Positions 45,216-54,132 of a stretch of 64,000 nt of DNA are shown piece after piece. Where the stretch lies: NCBI GenBank assembly GCA_038230375.1, contig JBBRNJ010000011.1, positions 64,001 to 128,000 on the forward strand. Reading direction: 5' to 3'. The position numbers and the translations under genes were made by a program. The DNA comes from Polyangiales bacterium. GTDB taxonomy: Bacteria; Myxococcota_A; Polyangia; Polyangiales; Polyangiaceae. The notes beneath the pieces were generated by a model. The model did no database searches. It was given only the letters and a program-made list of their open reading frames with translations, and was not told the origin of the DNA. Every line of letters begins with the position of its first letter. Position 1 is the first letter of the stretch.

Positions 45216-48200
45216 GGTGCGGGCAAGAAGTCGCACTTGCTCTTCGCGAGGCACGTGTGCGTGCTCGGGTGGGAGAGGTAGTAGACGTCCTTGCCCAGCG
45301 TGGAGAAGAAGCGGGCGAGCAGGTTGTTCCCATAGGTGGCGGGATCGAAGGCCTTGCACACGTCTGGCGTGTTCCAGGTGTGCGTTCCCGTGATCTCCAC
45401 CTCCATGTTCAGGAGACCAATGACGGGGGCCGTTGCAGCCCATGCCGTGGCGTCGGGCGAGCTGGGAATGCCGCGCAGCCGTGGCTCCCACGCGCGCGCG
45501 AGTGACGCCTCGTCCGTGACGTGCACGCCGGCAATGCGGCCGAGCCGCATCGGTATGCCGTGCGGCTGGTCGAAGAGCATCGCGCCCTCGCTGATCCAGT
45601 CCGGGTCGGAGAGCGCGAGCGCGCACTCCATCTTCGATACGGTGTCGGGATTGGGGCACGTCGTCGGGTCGGTGCCCACGAAGTTCGCCTTGCAGGCCGG
45701 GCCGGCGTGCGCGCGTCCCAGGCGATAATCGCCCTCGATCACGCCGGTCTCGATCAACGCGCGCATGGGCGTCTTGCCGCCGAGCGCGTCGTAGATCGCC
45801 TGCGGTGTGACGTAGTCACCGTACTCTGGGTAGCGTGACAAGGCCTGCGGCGGCAGGAACGGCAGCGCACCGGCCGCGCGCGCGAACGTGTGCCCGGCGC
45901 CGATCGCGACAAACGAATCACCCACGGTGTTGGTGGAGAGCAGCGCGTGGGCGGGCACCGTTGCGCCGGTCTCGTCCTTCATGGGCTTCAGCATGTAGTA
46001 CGGCGCATAGTTCACGGGGTCCGCGGCGTCGAAGCCGGCCTGTGCGAGCTCGCGCAGCCGCCGGATGTCCGGCGTCTGACGTGAGAGGCCAAGGCCGTCG
46101 TTCGGGGACACAAGGGCCGACCCCACGGGGAAGTAGATGTCGCGGAACTGCACGCAGCCCGACGACGTGTCCAGGCCGAGGGCGGCGACGGCCGCGTCGC
46201 ACGTCTTGTTCTCGTCGCTGACGGGGAAGGGGAACTCCACCTGCGCGACCTCGAACGTCTGGAGACGGTTCTTCTGCGGCTTGCCCGTGCGCGGGTTCGT
46301 GCCTGCAAGGATGGGTGAGCCATCCAGCACGCGGCAGCCCTTGTAAGAGAGGACGACGTCGGGCGCCGAGTAGAACTGGATATCGATGCGATCGAACTGC
46401 GACGCAGGCACGGGGACGCGGAAGCGCCCGTCGCGATCGGTGCGTGCGCAGCGCACCTCCTTGTTCTGGAGGTTCGTGACGATCACCGTCATCTGCTCGG
46501 TGAGGTCCTCGGGCTCCATGCACGCGATCTCCACCTCTGCGGAGTTCACGCCCTCGTTGACGATGAAGCGCACGCTGCGCTGGTTCGGCGCGCACGCGCT
46601 GCCAGGTCGCTCCGAGTTCTTGGTCTTCGGCCGCTCCGTGGAAGGAATGGACACGACCAGCGGAGACAGCATCTGCTCGGTCACGGACTCGACGACACCG
46701 TACGAGCGGAACGCGACGTCCAGCGCGAGCGAGCCACCACCGCCGCCCTCCTGTGCGCTGGCCACGTAGTACGGCTCGATGCCGCCCGCGAGCTGCGACA
46801 CGATCGCGCCCAGGCTCTCTCCGGAGGTGAAATAGGGCAGGTTCGGGCCGCCCACGTCGACCACGCCGTCACCGTCGAAGTCGCCCGCGAGGTCCGGCTT
46901 GCCGTCGCTGTTGAAGTCCTGCGTGGACATCTTCTTGCCGTCGAACGAGCGCAGCATGCGCATCGCCTGGAAGCCGTCCACGATTCCCTGCCGTACGTTG
47001 TCACGCGTGTGCGCGATGTGACTGGTCCACCACATCCAGCCGGAGTCGCCGACGCCGTCGCCGTTGTAGTCGTGCGTGCGGCCCTTCGCGTACGCGGCAA
47101 CGAACGGCACCAGGCACGCGGTGCCGAGCTGCGCCTTCGCGAGCGCCCTGTCACCCACGGACAGCGTGACGCCGTGCTCGGGCATGTCATACGAGATCAT
47201 CGCGATGCCCTGTCGCGCAAAGTCGCCAGCGTAGATGAGCACCTCGTCCGAATGACCCGTGACGCCGTGGTTGTGGAACGTGACGGGGAACGGCGCCTTG
47301 TGCTGCGCGGTGGCCTTCGGCACGGCCAGGAAGAAGGGCACCTCGTCGGTGTGGACGTCGCCGGTTCCGTCCTTGAAGTTCAGGTGGAAGCGGGTGTCCG
47401 GATCGGTGGAGGCTGGATCGCCGAGTAAATAAGGCGATTTGAACGTGCCGATCACGAAGTGGTCGACGTTCTGGAGCGCGTTCTCCAGACCAGCGAGCTC
47501 GCCCTTGCTGCCGCCGAGGAGCTGGTCGATGACGTCCTTGAACGCGATCCAGATATCAGGGTCGGACAGCTTCAGGATGTAAGGCTCCTTGCCGCGGCCC
47601 TTGCAGAGCGGGTCGCTGGGCCAGGTGGGGACGTCGTCGGGGTTCTCCGTCTTGCCCGAGGCGGGGAGCGCCGTTGCGTCCGGCGGGAAGTCCGTCGCGA
47701 AGCGCGCGAACGGTCCCTGACCGTAGAGGCCCGCGCGGAGCACGCGCAGATCTTCCGACGTGGGCTGCGTGGTGAACGTCCACGTGAAGGCCACGTGGTC
47801 GAGCCCCGTGCCGGCCAGATCGCCGAAGTACGCGGAGCGCGTCTTGTCGGACAGAAGGGAGGCGACGCGCACGGCGGCGTTCGGCTGCTCCGGGTGATGG
47901 ATGTGCTGGAACGGCGAGCGCACGGGCTTGTGGTTCGATCCGCGCATGCGGTCCGTCACCACCACGGCGTACTCCGTCCGCTCGTCGAGCGGGACCACGG
48001 GCCGCAGCATCAGCGTATCCGTCTCGCGCTCGTACCACGTGAGCAGGTTGTCGACGCCAGCGACGCCCTGCGTGCCGAGCGTGTTCGGGTGGTCGAGCAC
48101 GCCGTCGAAGTCGCGGTCGAGCGACGGCCGGTAGTCCGCCTGCGTGAGGCCGATGCCTTCTTCCTGCGTCTCGAACACCAGGTTCGGCTCGCTCGCCTTC

Positions 48201-48733
48201 GAGTCGTTGACGAAGTACTTCCACGGGTCGCGCAGCGTGATGGGGTACATGCCCGTGCCCGCGTCCATGAAGACGGGAACGCCTGTGGTCAGGTTGATCA
48301 CGTAGACCGGGTCGTCGGAGAAGTCGAAGCCTGCATCCTGCATGCGGACGGCAAAATCCTGCAGATCGATCGCAGCGTCGCCCGGCGCTTGTGTCGCGCT
48401 CCTGGAGAACCCCACGGAGATGGGCTGCGTGGTGCCCCAGCCCTCCATGTCGTCGAATGCCTCGCGCAGCTTCGACTCCATGATGGTGGGCGAGATGAGG
48501 CTCGCGTTCAGGCGACGGCCGGTCCGGCTCGTGGGATCGGGGAAGGTCGCGATGTCGTTCGGCAGCGGGATGTCCGGCAACGGCCGCTTGAGCAGGTCGA
48601 ACTTCACGACGGGGCCATCGCCGGGCGGCGTGAGCTTCTCGCCGCTCGGGATCGTGTCCACACCGCAGGCCAGGATGGAGCCCGCCGCCATGCATGCGAG
48701 CGCCGCGCGGCTGAAGAGAGCAGATGCGCGCAT
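45212..48733 (-). CDS. Large lipoprotein alpha/beta hydrolase, paralog 1 (~1173 aa)
   Basis: Lipobox ILAC; PLPNDIAT; HNHG; GESLG elbow; GDSFV; GTHTW; DxNxDG loops; collinear with paralog 2. Confidence 0.8.
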   Translation of the reverse strand: MRASALFSRAALACMAAGSILACGVDTIPSGEKLTPPGDGPVVKFDLLKRPLPDIPLPNDIATFPDPTSRTGRRLNASLISPTIMESKLREAFDDMEGWGTTQPISVGFSRSATQAPGDAAIDLQDFAVRMQDAGFDFSDDPVYVINLTTGVPVFMDAGTGMYPITLRDPWKYFVNDSKASEPNLVFETQEEGIGLTQADYRPSLDRDFDGVLDHPNTLGTQGVAGVDNLLTWYERETDTLMLRPVVPLDERTEYAVVVTDRMRGSNHKPVRSPFQHIHHPEQPNAAVRVASLLSDKTRSAYFGDLAGTGLDHVAFTWTFTTQPTSEDLRVLRAGLYGQGPFARFATDFPPDATALPASGKTENPDDVPTWPSDPLCKGRGKEPYILKLSDPDIWIAFKDVIDQLLGGSKGELAGLENALQNVDHFVIGTFKSPYLLGDPASTDPDTRFHLNFKDGTGDVHTDEVPFFLAVPKATAQHKAPFPVTFHNHGVTGHSDEVLIYAGDFARQGIAMISYDMPEHGVTLSVGDRALAKAQLGTACLVPFVAAYAKGRTHDYNGDGVGDSGWMWWTSHIAHTRDNVRQGIVDGFQAMRMLRSFDGKKMSTQDFNSDGKPDLAGDFDGDGVVDVGGPNLPYFTSGESLGAIVSQLAGGIEPYYVASAQEGGGGGSLALDVAFRSYGVVESVTEQMLSPLVVSIPSTERPKTKNSERPGSACAPNQRSVRFIVNEGVNSAEVEIACMEPEDLTEQMTVIVTNLQNKEVRCARTDRDGRFRVPVPASQFDRIDIQFYSAPDVVLSYKGCRVLDGSPILAGTNPRTGKPQKNRLQTFEVAQVEFPFPVSDENKTCDAAVAALGLDTSSGCVQFRDIYFPVGSALVSPNDGLGLSRQTPDIRRLRELAQAGFDAADPVNYAPYYMLKPMKDETGATVPAHALLSTNTVGDSFVAIGAGHTFARAAGALPFLPPQALSRYPEYGDYVTPQAIYDALGGKTPMRALIETGVIEGDYRLGRAHAGPACKANFVGTDPTTCPNPDTVSKMECALALSDPDWISEGAMLFDQPHGIPMRLGRIAGVHVTDEASLARAWEPRLRGIPSSPDATAWAATAPVIGLLNMEVEITGTHTWNTPDVCKAFDPATYGNNLLARFFSTLGKDVYYLSHPSTHTCLAKSKCDFLPAP

Positions 48734-50466
48734 CAGAACATCACCCCCACGCGCGCCATCGTGATCCACGGGGTCTTGTAGGTGGCGCCGCCAGCGTCCG
48801 CGAGCGCGCTGCCCGGGAAGAGCACGCCGCCCTGTGCGCCGAGCGTTCCGACGATGCCGCGATCCAGATCCGCGCGCACCTCCACGCCAGCGTCGAGCTC
48901 CACGCCCAGGTCGTGCCGCTTCGGGTCACCGCCGCGCGCGTTGACGTAGTTGCCGGAGGTGACCACGCGATACGGGTCCACGACGTCCGCGGTGGACTGC
49001 GCGATGACCGCGCCGCCCTTCAGATCGAGCCACGGACGAGGGCGATAGATGCCCGTCGGATTGATGTATTCTGCACCATACGCGCCGCCCTGCGACGGGT
49101 AGAGGTCGATGCCGGGCGAGGGCCGCGCGCCGTTCGAGAGCAGCGGGTCCTTCGCCGCGTTGGCGGAGCGCGCCGTCTGCCAGCGGAGCACCTCGTCGAA
49201 GAGAAGGAGACCGATCTTGTGGTTCGGGTCGAACGTGAAGCGGCGCTCGGTTCCGTCGAGCGGGTCCGCGTCGCCCGAGGCATAGCCGACCTCGATCTGC
49301 GCGACGATGTCGCCGTAGCGCTGCGGCTTCTTGGACTTGGCGTCGTCCCCGAACAGGAGTCGCTTCTGGCGCTCTCCGCGAGAGACGTGCGCCACGCCGA
49401 GCTGCGCCGCGCCACCGTACGACCGCACGAGCACGGACGTGCCCTGCGCGGTCTGGTCGACGGTGCGCAGGTAGTTGGTGGAGCCGAAGATGGTCGCGGC
49501 CTCGATCGCGCCGAAGAGGTACGCGTCCACGCCGGGGACGTGCGACGTGAACTGCCCGAACACGTCGAGCACGCCGACCTCCAGCTTGTCGGTGTAGCCG
49601 AGGATGTCGTTGCCCCCGCTCTTCCGATCGTTCTGCTGGTTGCGGTACACGCCGTACACGCCGAGCTCGACGTTCTTCTTCTCGTAGATCGCCGCGAGCA
49701 CGCCCTGGAATGCGTGATCGCCGTCGCTCAGGCGCGCGGTGTTGTCGCGGAACACGAGATCGCCAGCGACCGCGACGGTGACGTCGCTGTCCTTGCCGCC
49801 CGGCTTGGTGGCAAAGAGGATGCGCTCGTTCACGGCGCCGTAGCGGTAGTCGCCGAAGACAGAGGGGTGATCGCCATCATTCGCGATGATGCCGAGACCC
49901 CAGTGACTCGGCTGCTGCCCCACGCGGAGCAAGCCCACCTTCGTGTGGATGTCCGCGTAGAGCCAGCGCGGGTCCACGTTGGAGAAGCCGTTGTACTGGT
50001 CGCGCGCGGTGCGGTCGGTGGAGACGTCGTGCGCGACCTCGCCAACGACGATGCCGGTGAGATCGAGCTGCCCGACGATCTCGATCTGATCGTTCACCGA
50101 GAAGCGCGGCGTGATGCGTAGCCAGTGGTTCACCCACTGGTTCTGTCCGAGCGAGTCGCCCACGAGCGCGGGCCGTGCATTCACCGCCGATGCGGTTGGC
50201 GTGAGCGGGAAGCTCCGCATCACGTTGTAGCGAAGCTGGTACTCGCCATGGAGCGTGAGGCGGATCACGTCGGCCTCTGGCTTCTCTACTTCGGGGCGCG
50301 CGGTCGTGAGCCGCAGGGGTGCAAGCTCCTTCGGCGACATGTCCGGTAGCTCAACGATCTCCGGCTGCGGAAACGGAGCGGACAACGCCGCGGACGGAGG
50401 GGGCGACGCCTCTACGGAGAGCGCGACGGTGGGGGCCAAAAAGAAGGGTAGAAGAGCGGGATTCAT
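48733..50466 (-). CDS. Outer-membrane beta-barrel protein (alginate-export/porin-like)
   Basis: Amphipathic beta strands; LRVGQQPSHWGLGIIANDG, EVGYASGD, FTFDPNH..GLLLF, LGVELD; C-terminal Phe (ARVGVMF). Confidence 0.75.
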   Translation of the reverse strand: MNPALLPFFLAPTVALSVEASPPPSAALSAPFPQPEIVELPDMSPKELAPLRLTTARPEVEKPEADVIRLTLHGEYQLRYNVMRSFPLTPTASAVNARPALVGDSLGQNQWVNHWLRITPRFSVNDQIEIVGQLDLTGIVVGEVAHDVSTDRTARDQYNGFSNVDPRWLYADIHTKVGLLRVGQQPSHWGLGIIANDGDHPSVFGDYRYGAVNERILFATKPGGKDSDVTVAVAGDLVFRDNTARLSDGDHAFQGVLAAIYEKKNVELGVYGVYRNQQNDRKSGGNDILGYTDKLEVGVLDVFGQFTSHVPGVDAYLFGAIEAATIFGSTNYLRTVDQTAQGTSVLVRSYGGAAQLGVAHVSRGERQKRLLFGDDAKSKKPQRYGDIVAQIEVGYASGDADPLDGTERRFTFDPNHKIGLLLFDEVLRWQTARSANAAKDPLLSNGARPSPGIDLYPSQGGAYGAEYINPTGIYRPRPWLDLKGGAVIAQSTADVVDPYRVVTSGNYVNARGGDPKRHDLGVELDAGVEVRADLDRGIVGTLGAQGGVLFPGSALADAGGATYKTPWITMARVGVMF

Positions 50467-50921
50467 GGGCTCGGGCGCGCGGAGCATACTTTTGTCGAGC
50501 CCGTTCAGGGCGACGAATCTCGCACCGGCAGTGGATCGAGACGAAACCACGCGCGAGAGTCACTTCAACCCCACGAACCCCAACGGATTTGCGCATGTAG
50601 GCCTTCATTGTCCTACACGACCGTGGATCGCTACGGTCTCAACCTCGCTACCGGCGATAGCTGTAAACGCTCGATATGACGGCAGACCGCCGCTGGCCTA
50701 CGATGTGCAACTATGTAGGTATACGCGACGACGAAGCGATGGAGGAACGGAGTCGTCAGCGAGTCCACAGCGTCTCATTTCACCAGCCAGTCCGCAGACC
50801 CAGTCCCGCAGGGGAGGAACGACTCACGCAGCCCGAGGTTGGGCGCCCGATTCGAATGAATCGCGTGACTCTCCTCCGCAAGCGGCGGTTCGTGCTTCCC
50901 CTGTCGCCCTTTTGTCTGCGA

Positions 50922-51602
50922 ATGTTCGTCGGCGTGTCACGACCCATCTCGCGAGCAGCGCTTACGGGATTCCTGTTCGCCTCGCTTTGGGTCGCGCCGG
51001 CGTATGCCGATGACGGTTCCCCGCTCATCCCGGTCGTGGACAGGCACAAGCGCGTGACGCTCGGCTTGCAGCCCATCTCGGCGTTGCTCACGCAGCGCTT
51101 CGTCGTCGAGAGCTCGATCCGCGTGGCGGAGAACCACGCGATCGTCGTCGCGCCGTACGCCGTCTACTTCACCACGCTCGACTATCTCGCCATCCTCCAG
51201 GGTGCTCGCAACCCGACGAAGGACATCCTGAAGGGGCAGGGGCTCGAGTTCGGCTATCGCTATCGAACGGTGCCGGTGACCCATAGTCACATCGCCGTCG
51301 CGCGGTTCTACGGCGACGCCCGCCTTCTCGTGTCCCAGTTCACGCTGCGCCACAGCACCGAGGACGCCCACGGCAACCTCACGCAGACCCCAGCGCTGCC
51401 CTATTCGCGTCACGGCTTCGCGTTCGAGTTCGGCGCGGAGGCGACGATTGCGCCGGTCTTCTACTTCGCGCTCACCGGGGGCTTCGAATACACGTACACG
51501 AGCAAGTCGTTCGAGGGCGCGCAGAAGCTCACCGCGACCTCTGCCATCTACGGCGAAGGCTTTCGTCCCCGCGTAGGTGGCGCCACGGGCTTCACCTTCT
51601 AG
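50922..51602 (+). CDS. Small outer-membrane beta-barrel (DUF3575-like) protein
   Basis: Signal peptide ending AYA; G.EFGYRY; C-terminal PRVGGATGFTF; start uncertain. Confidence 0.6.
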   Translation: MFVGVSRPISRAALTGFLFASLWVAPAYADDGSPLIPVVDRHKRVTLGLQPISALLTQRFVVESSIRVAENHAIVVAPYAVYFTTLDYLAILQGARNPTKDILKGQGLEFGYRYRTVPVTHSHIAVARFYGDARLLVSQFTLRHSTEDAHGNLTQTPALPYSRHGFAFEFGAEATIAPVFYFALTGGFEYTYTSKSFEGAQKLTATSAIYGEGFRPRVGGATGFTF

Positions 51603-51623
51603 AGATGGGTGTATAACGCCGCC

Positions 51624-53195
51624 ATGAACACGTCAGCGACGGACGTCATGAACCCCGTGCTCATCGGTCTCCCGCTCGAGTTGTCCGATCTGGAAGACGT
51701 CGCGGTGCGTGGTCGTCCCGTCGCCGTCGCCGAACAGGCGCGCGAGAAGATGCGCCGCTCACGCAAGGCGATCGAGGAGATCATCGTCGCGGGAGATGCA
51801 GCGCCGAACGTCTACGGGGTGAACACGGGGTTCGGTGCGCTGTCGGAGACACGAATCGACGCGAAGGAGGTGCGCGACCTCCAGAAGAACCTGGTGCGTT
51901 CGCACTCGACCGGCATCGGGACGGATCTGCCGGTGCCCGCGGTGCGCGGGATGATGCTGCTGCGCGCGCAGGTGATCGCGCTCGGTCACTCGGGCGTGCG
52001 CGAGGACCTCGTGGATCTTCTCGCGCAGATGCTCAACGCCGGCGTGACGCCAAAGGTGCCGTCGCAGGGCTCCGTTGGCGCGTCGGGAGATCTCGCGCCG
52101 CTCGCGCATCTTGCGCTCACGATGATCGGTGAAGGGCACGCGCGCCTGGGCGACGGCCCGCTGCGGCCATCGCTCCTTGTCCTGCAGGAGGCGAAGATCA
52201 CGCCGGTCGTGCTGGAGGCGAAGGAAGGCCTGTCGCTCATCAACGGCACGCAGTACATGGCGTCGCTCGGCGTGCTCGCGCTGCTCGAGGTGGAGCGGCT
52301 GCTCACCGCCGCGGACGTCGCGGGCGCGATGAGCCTGGAGGCACTGAAGGGGTCGTCCAAGCCGTTCGACGAGCGGCTGCACGCGATCCGCCCACACCAG
52401 GGCCAGCTCACCGTCTCGAAGAACCTCCGCACGCTGCTCGCGGAGAGCGAGATCGCGGAGAGCCACCGCGACTGCAAGAAGGTGCAGGATGCATATTCCT
52501 TGCGCTGCATGCCCCAGGTGCACGGCGCGAGCCGCGACGCGCTCGGGTGGGTGCGTTCGGTGCTTCGCTGCGAGATCAACAGCGTCACCGACAACCCGTC
52601 GGTCCTCCTGGATCGTGGCGAGACGGAGATCGTCAGCGGCGGCAATTTCCACGGGCAGCCACTGGCGCTCGCGCTCGATCTTGCGGCCATGGCCACCGCG
52701 GAGCTCGCCAACATCAGTGAGCGTCGCGTGGAGCAGCTGGTGAACCCGGCGCTCTCGTCGGGCCTCACGCCGTTTCTTGCCGCGTCGAGCGGTCTGCACT
52801 CCGGCTTCATGATCGCGCAGGTCGCGAGCGCGTCGCTCGTCAGCGAGAACAAGGTGCTGTCGCATCCGGCAAGCGTGGACTCCATCCCGTCCTCGGCGGG
52901 CAAGGAGGATCACGTGAGCATGGGCTCCGTCTCCGCGAAGAAGCTCGGCCTCGTGGTCGACAACACGAAGAACGCGCTCGCGATCGAGATCATGACGGCC
53001 GCGGCCGGGCTCGATCAGCGCGCGCCACTCAAACCGAGCACGGGCGTTGGCGTTGCTCTCGCGAAGGTGCGCGAGGTCGTCGCGAAGATGACGGCCGACC
53101 GCCCGCTCTACGAGGACATCGCGGCCGTCGCGGGGTTGCTATCGCGCCGCGAGCTCGTGGCCGCCGTTGAAGCGAAGGTCGGTCCGCTGGCCTGA
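51624..53195 (+). CDS. hutH: Histidine ammonia-lyase
   Basis: YGVNTGFG, LVRSH, GSVGASGDLAPL (MIO-forming ASG), KEGLSLING, QDAYSLRC.PQVHGA, SGGNFHG, EDHVSMG. Confidence 0.95.
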   Translation: MNTSATDVMNPVLIGLPLELSDLEDVAVRGRPVAVAEQAREKMRRSRKAIEEIIVAGDAAPNVYGVNTGFGALSETRIDAKEVRDLQKNLVRSHSTGIGTDLPVPAVRGMMLLRAQVIALGHSGVREDLVDLLAQMLNAGVTPKVPSQGSVGASGDLAPLAHLALTMIGEGHARLGDGPLRPSLLVLQEAKITPVVLEAKEGLSLINGTQYMASLGVLALLEVERLLTAADVAGAMSLEALKGSSKPFDERLHAIRPHQGQLTVSKNLRTLLAESEIAESHRDCKKVQDAYSLRCMPQVHGASRDALGWVRSVLRCEINSVTDNPSVLLDRGETEIVSGGNFHGQPLALALDLAAMATAELANISERRVEQLVNPALSSGLTPFLAASSGLHSGFMIAQVASASLVSENKVLSHPASVDSIPSSAGKEDHVSMGSVSAKKLGLVVDNTKNALAIEIMTAAAGLDQRAPLKPSTGVGVALAKVREVVAKMTADRPLYEDIAAVAGLLSRRELVAAVEAKVGPLA

Positions 53196-53223
53196 GCGTT
53201 CGCAGGTGTCAGCACACGTGTTC

Positions 53224-53256
53224 CCGGGCGCCTCCGGCTCGAGCCCCGCGCTGTTT
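53224..53256. repeat. Partial copy (right arm) of the MITE/REP-like element abutting the tRNA CCA end
   Basis: CCGGGCGCCTCCGGCTCGAGCCCCGCGCTGTTT matches the right end of 9754-9952. Confidence 0.75.
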
Positions 53257-53341
53257 GGTAGCCCCTCCCGGGGTCGAACCGGGATGATCTTGCGATCCGC
53301 GGATTTTAAATCCGCTGCGTATGCCATTCCGCCAAGGGGCC
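53256..53341 (-). tRNA. tRNA-Leu(UAA)
   Basis: Acceptor GGCCCCT/AGGGGCT-A-CCA; anticodon stem GCGGA/TCCGC with loop TTTAAAA; long variable arm; T-arm CCCGG-TTCGACC-CCGGG; 86 nt. Confidence 0.95.
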
Positions 53342-53363
53342 TCTAGGTCGCCGCAGGCAGCCT

Positions 53364-53475
53364 ACAGCGGATCGCGCTGCAAGGTGCGTCCGGGTGGCTT
53401 CGGTTTTTCCCCCGTCGGGGATCACGAAGCGCGGCCTCACCTGCCGGGCGCCTCCGGCTCGATCCCGCGCTGTTT
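53364..53475. repeat. Second copy of the MITE/REP-like element (lacks the internal insert)
   Basis: GGCTTCG.TTTTTCCCCCGTCGGGGATCACGAAGCGCG..CCTGCCGGGCGCCTCCGGCTCGATCC..CGCTGTTT shared with 9754-9952. Confidence 0.82.
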
Positions 53476-53595
53476 GCTCCATGCTTTGCATCGTCGGTCA
53501 GTCGGATGTGTCTTGCGCCGGATGATCAGCGGGCGGGGCGTTTTTGTGTGTCTTCTTGTGAGAGCTTTTCTTTTTCATAGGGCAAGCTTCTTCCC

Positions 53596-54112
53596 ATGAA
53601 GGCGAGGGCTTTTGGTGTTGCCGTCGCGCTTGTGTTCGTCGCGGCTCGCGCGGACGCGGCTCCGTCGGGAAACGAATCATCCATCATCGGAAATCCGGGG
53701 GAGCATCCGGACTACCACCTGGAGATCGAGCCGCATGGCTTGCTCGCGTTCGGCGGACCGTTCAACGCCTGGCGCGGGAATTTCGGCGCAGGTGTCCGGG
53801 CCACGTTCCCGCTCATCGGCAACGGACCCATCCCCAGCATCAACAACAACCTCGGCATCGGCGTTGGTGCGGACTTCTTTGTCTTCAACGGCGCCGCGCT
53901 GTTCGTGCCGGTGGTCGGGCAGTGGAATTTCTTCTTGCTGTCGCACTTCTCGCTGTTCTTGGAGGCGGGGTTGGTGTCACCTTCGGCGGGCTGCACTACG
54001 TGGACCCCATCCTCGGGGTTGGCGGTCGCTACCACTTCACGGAGCGCCTCGCGCTCACCGTGCGTCTCGAGTATACCCAGCACTCGCCATCGGCCTCTCC
54101 ATCTATCTCTGA
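53596..54112 (+). pseudogene. Outer-membrane beta-barrel-like gene with two frameshifts
   Basis: Coherent protein continues across frames: ..SLFLEAG | VGVTFGGLHYVDPILGVGGRYHFTERLALTVRLE | YPALAIGLSIYL*; shifts at a G-run near 53966-53970 and a TATA near 54072. Confidence 0.7.
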
Positions 54113-54132
54113 GCGGCTAGAAAAGGGAAATC

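Noticed and set aside
53196..53600. Prophage or island integrated at tRNA-Leu
   Set aside because: No integrase, no duplicated tRNA 3' end, and flanking genes are ordinary chromosomal genes
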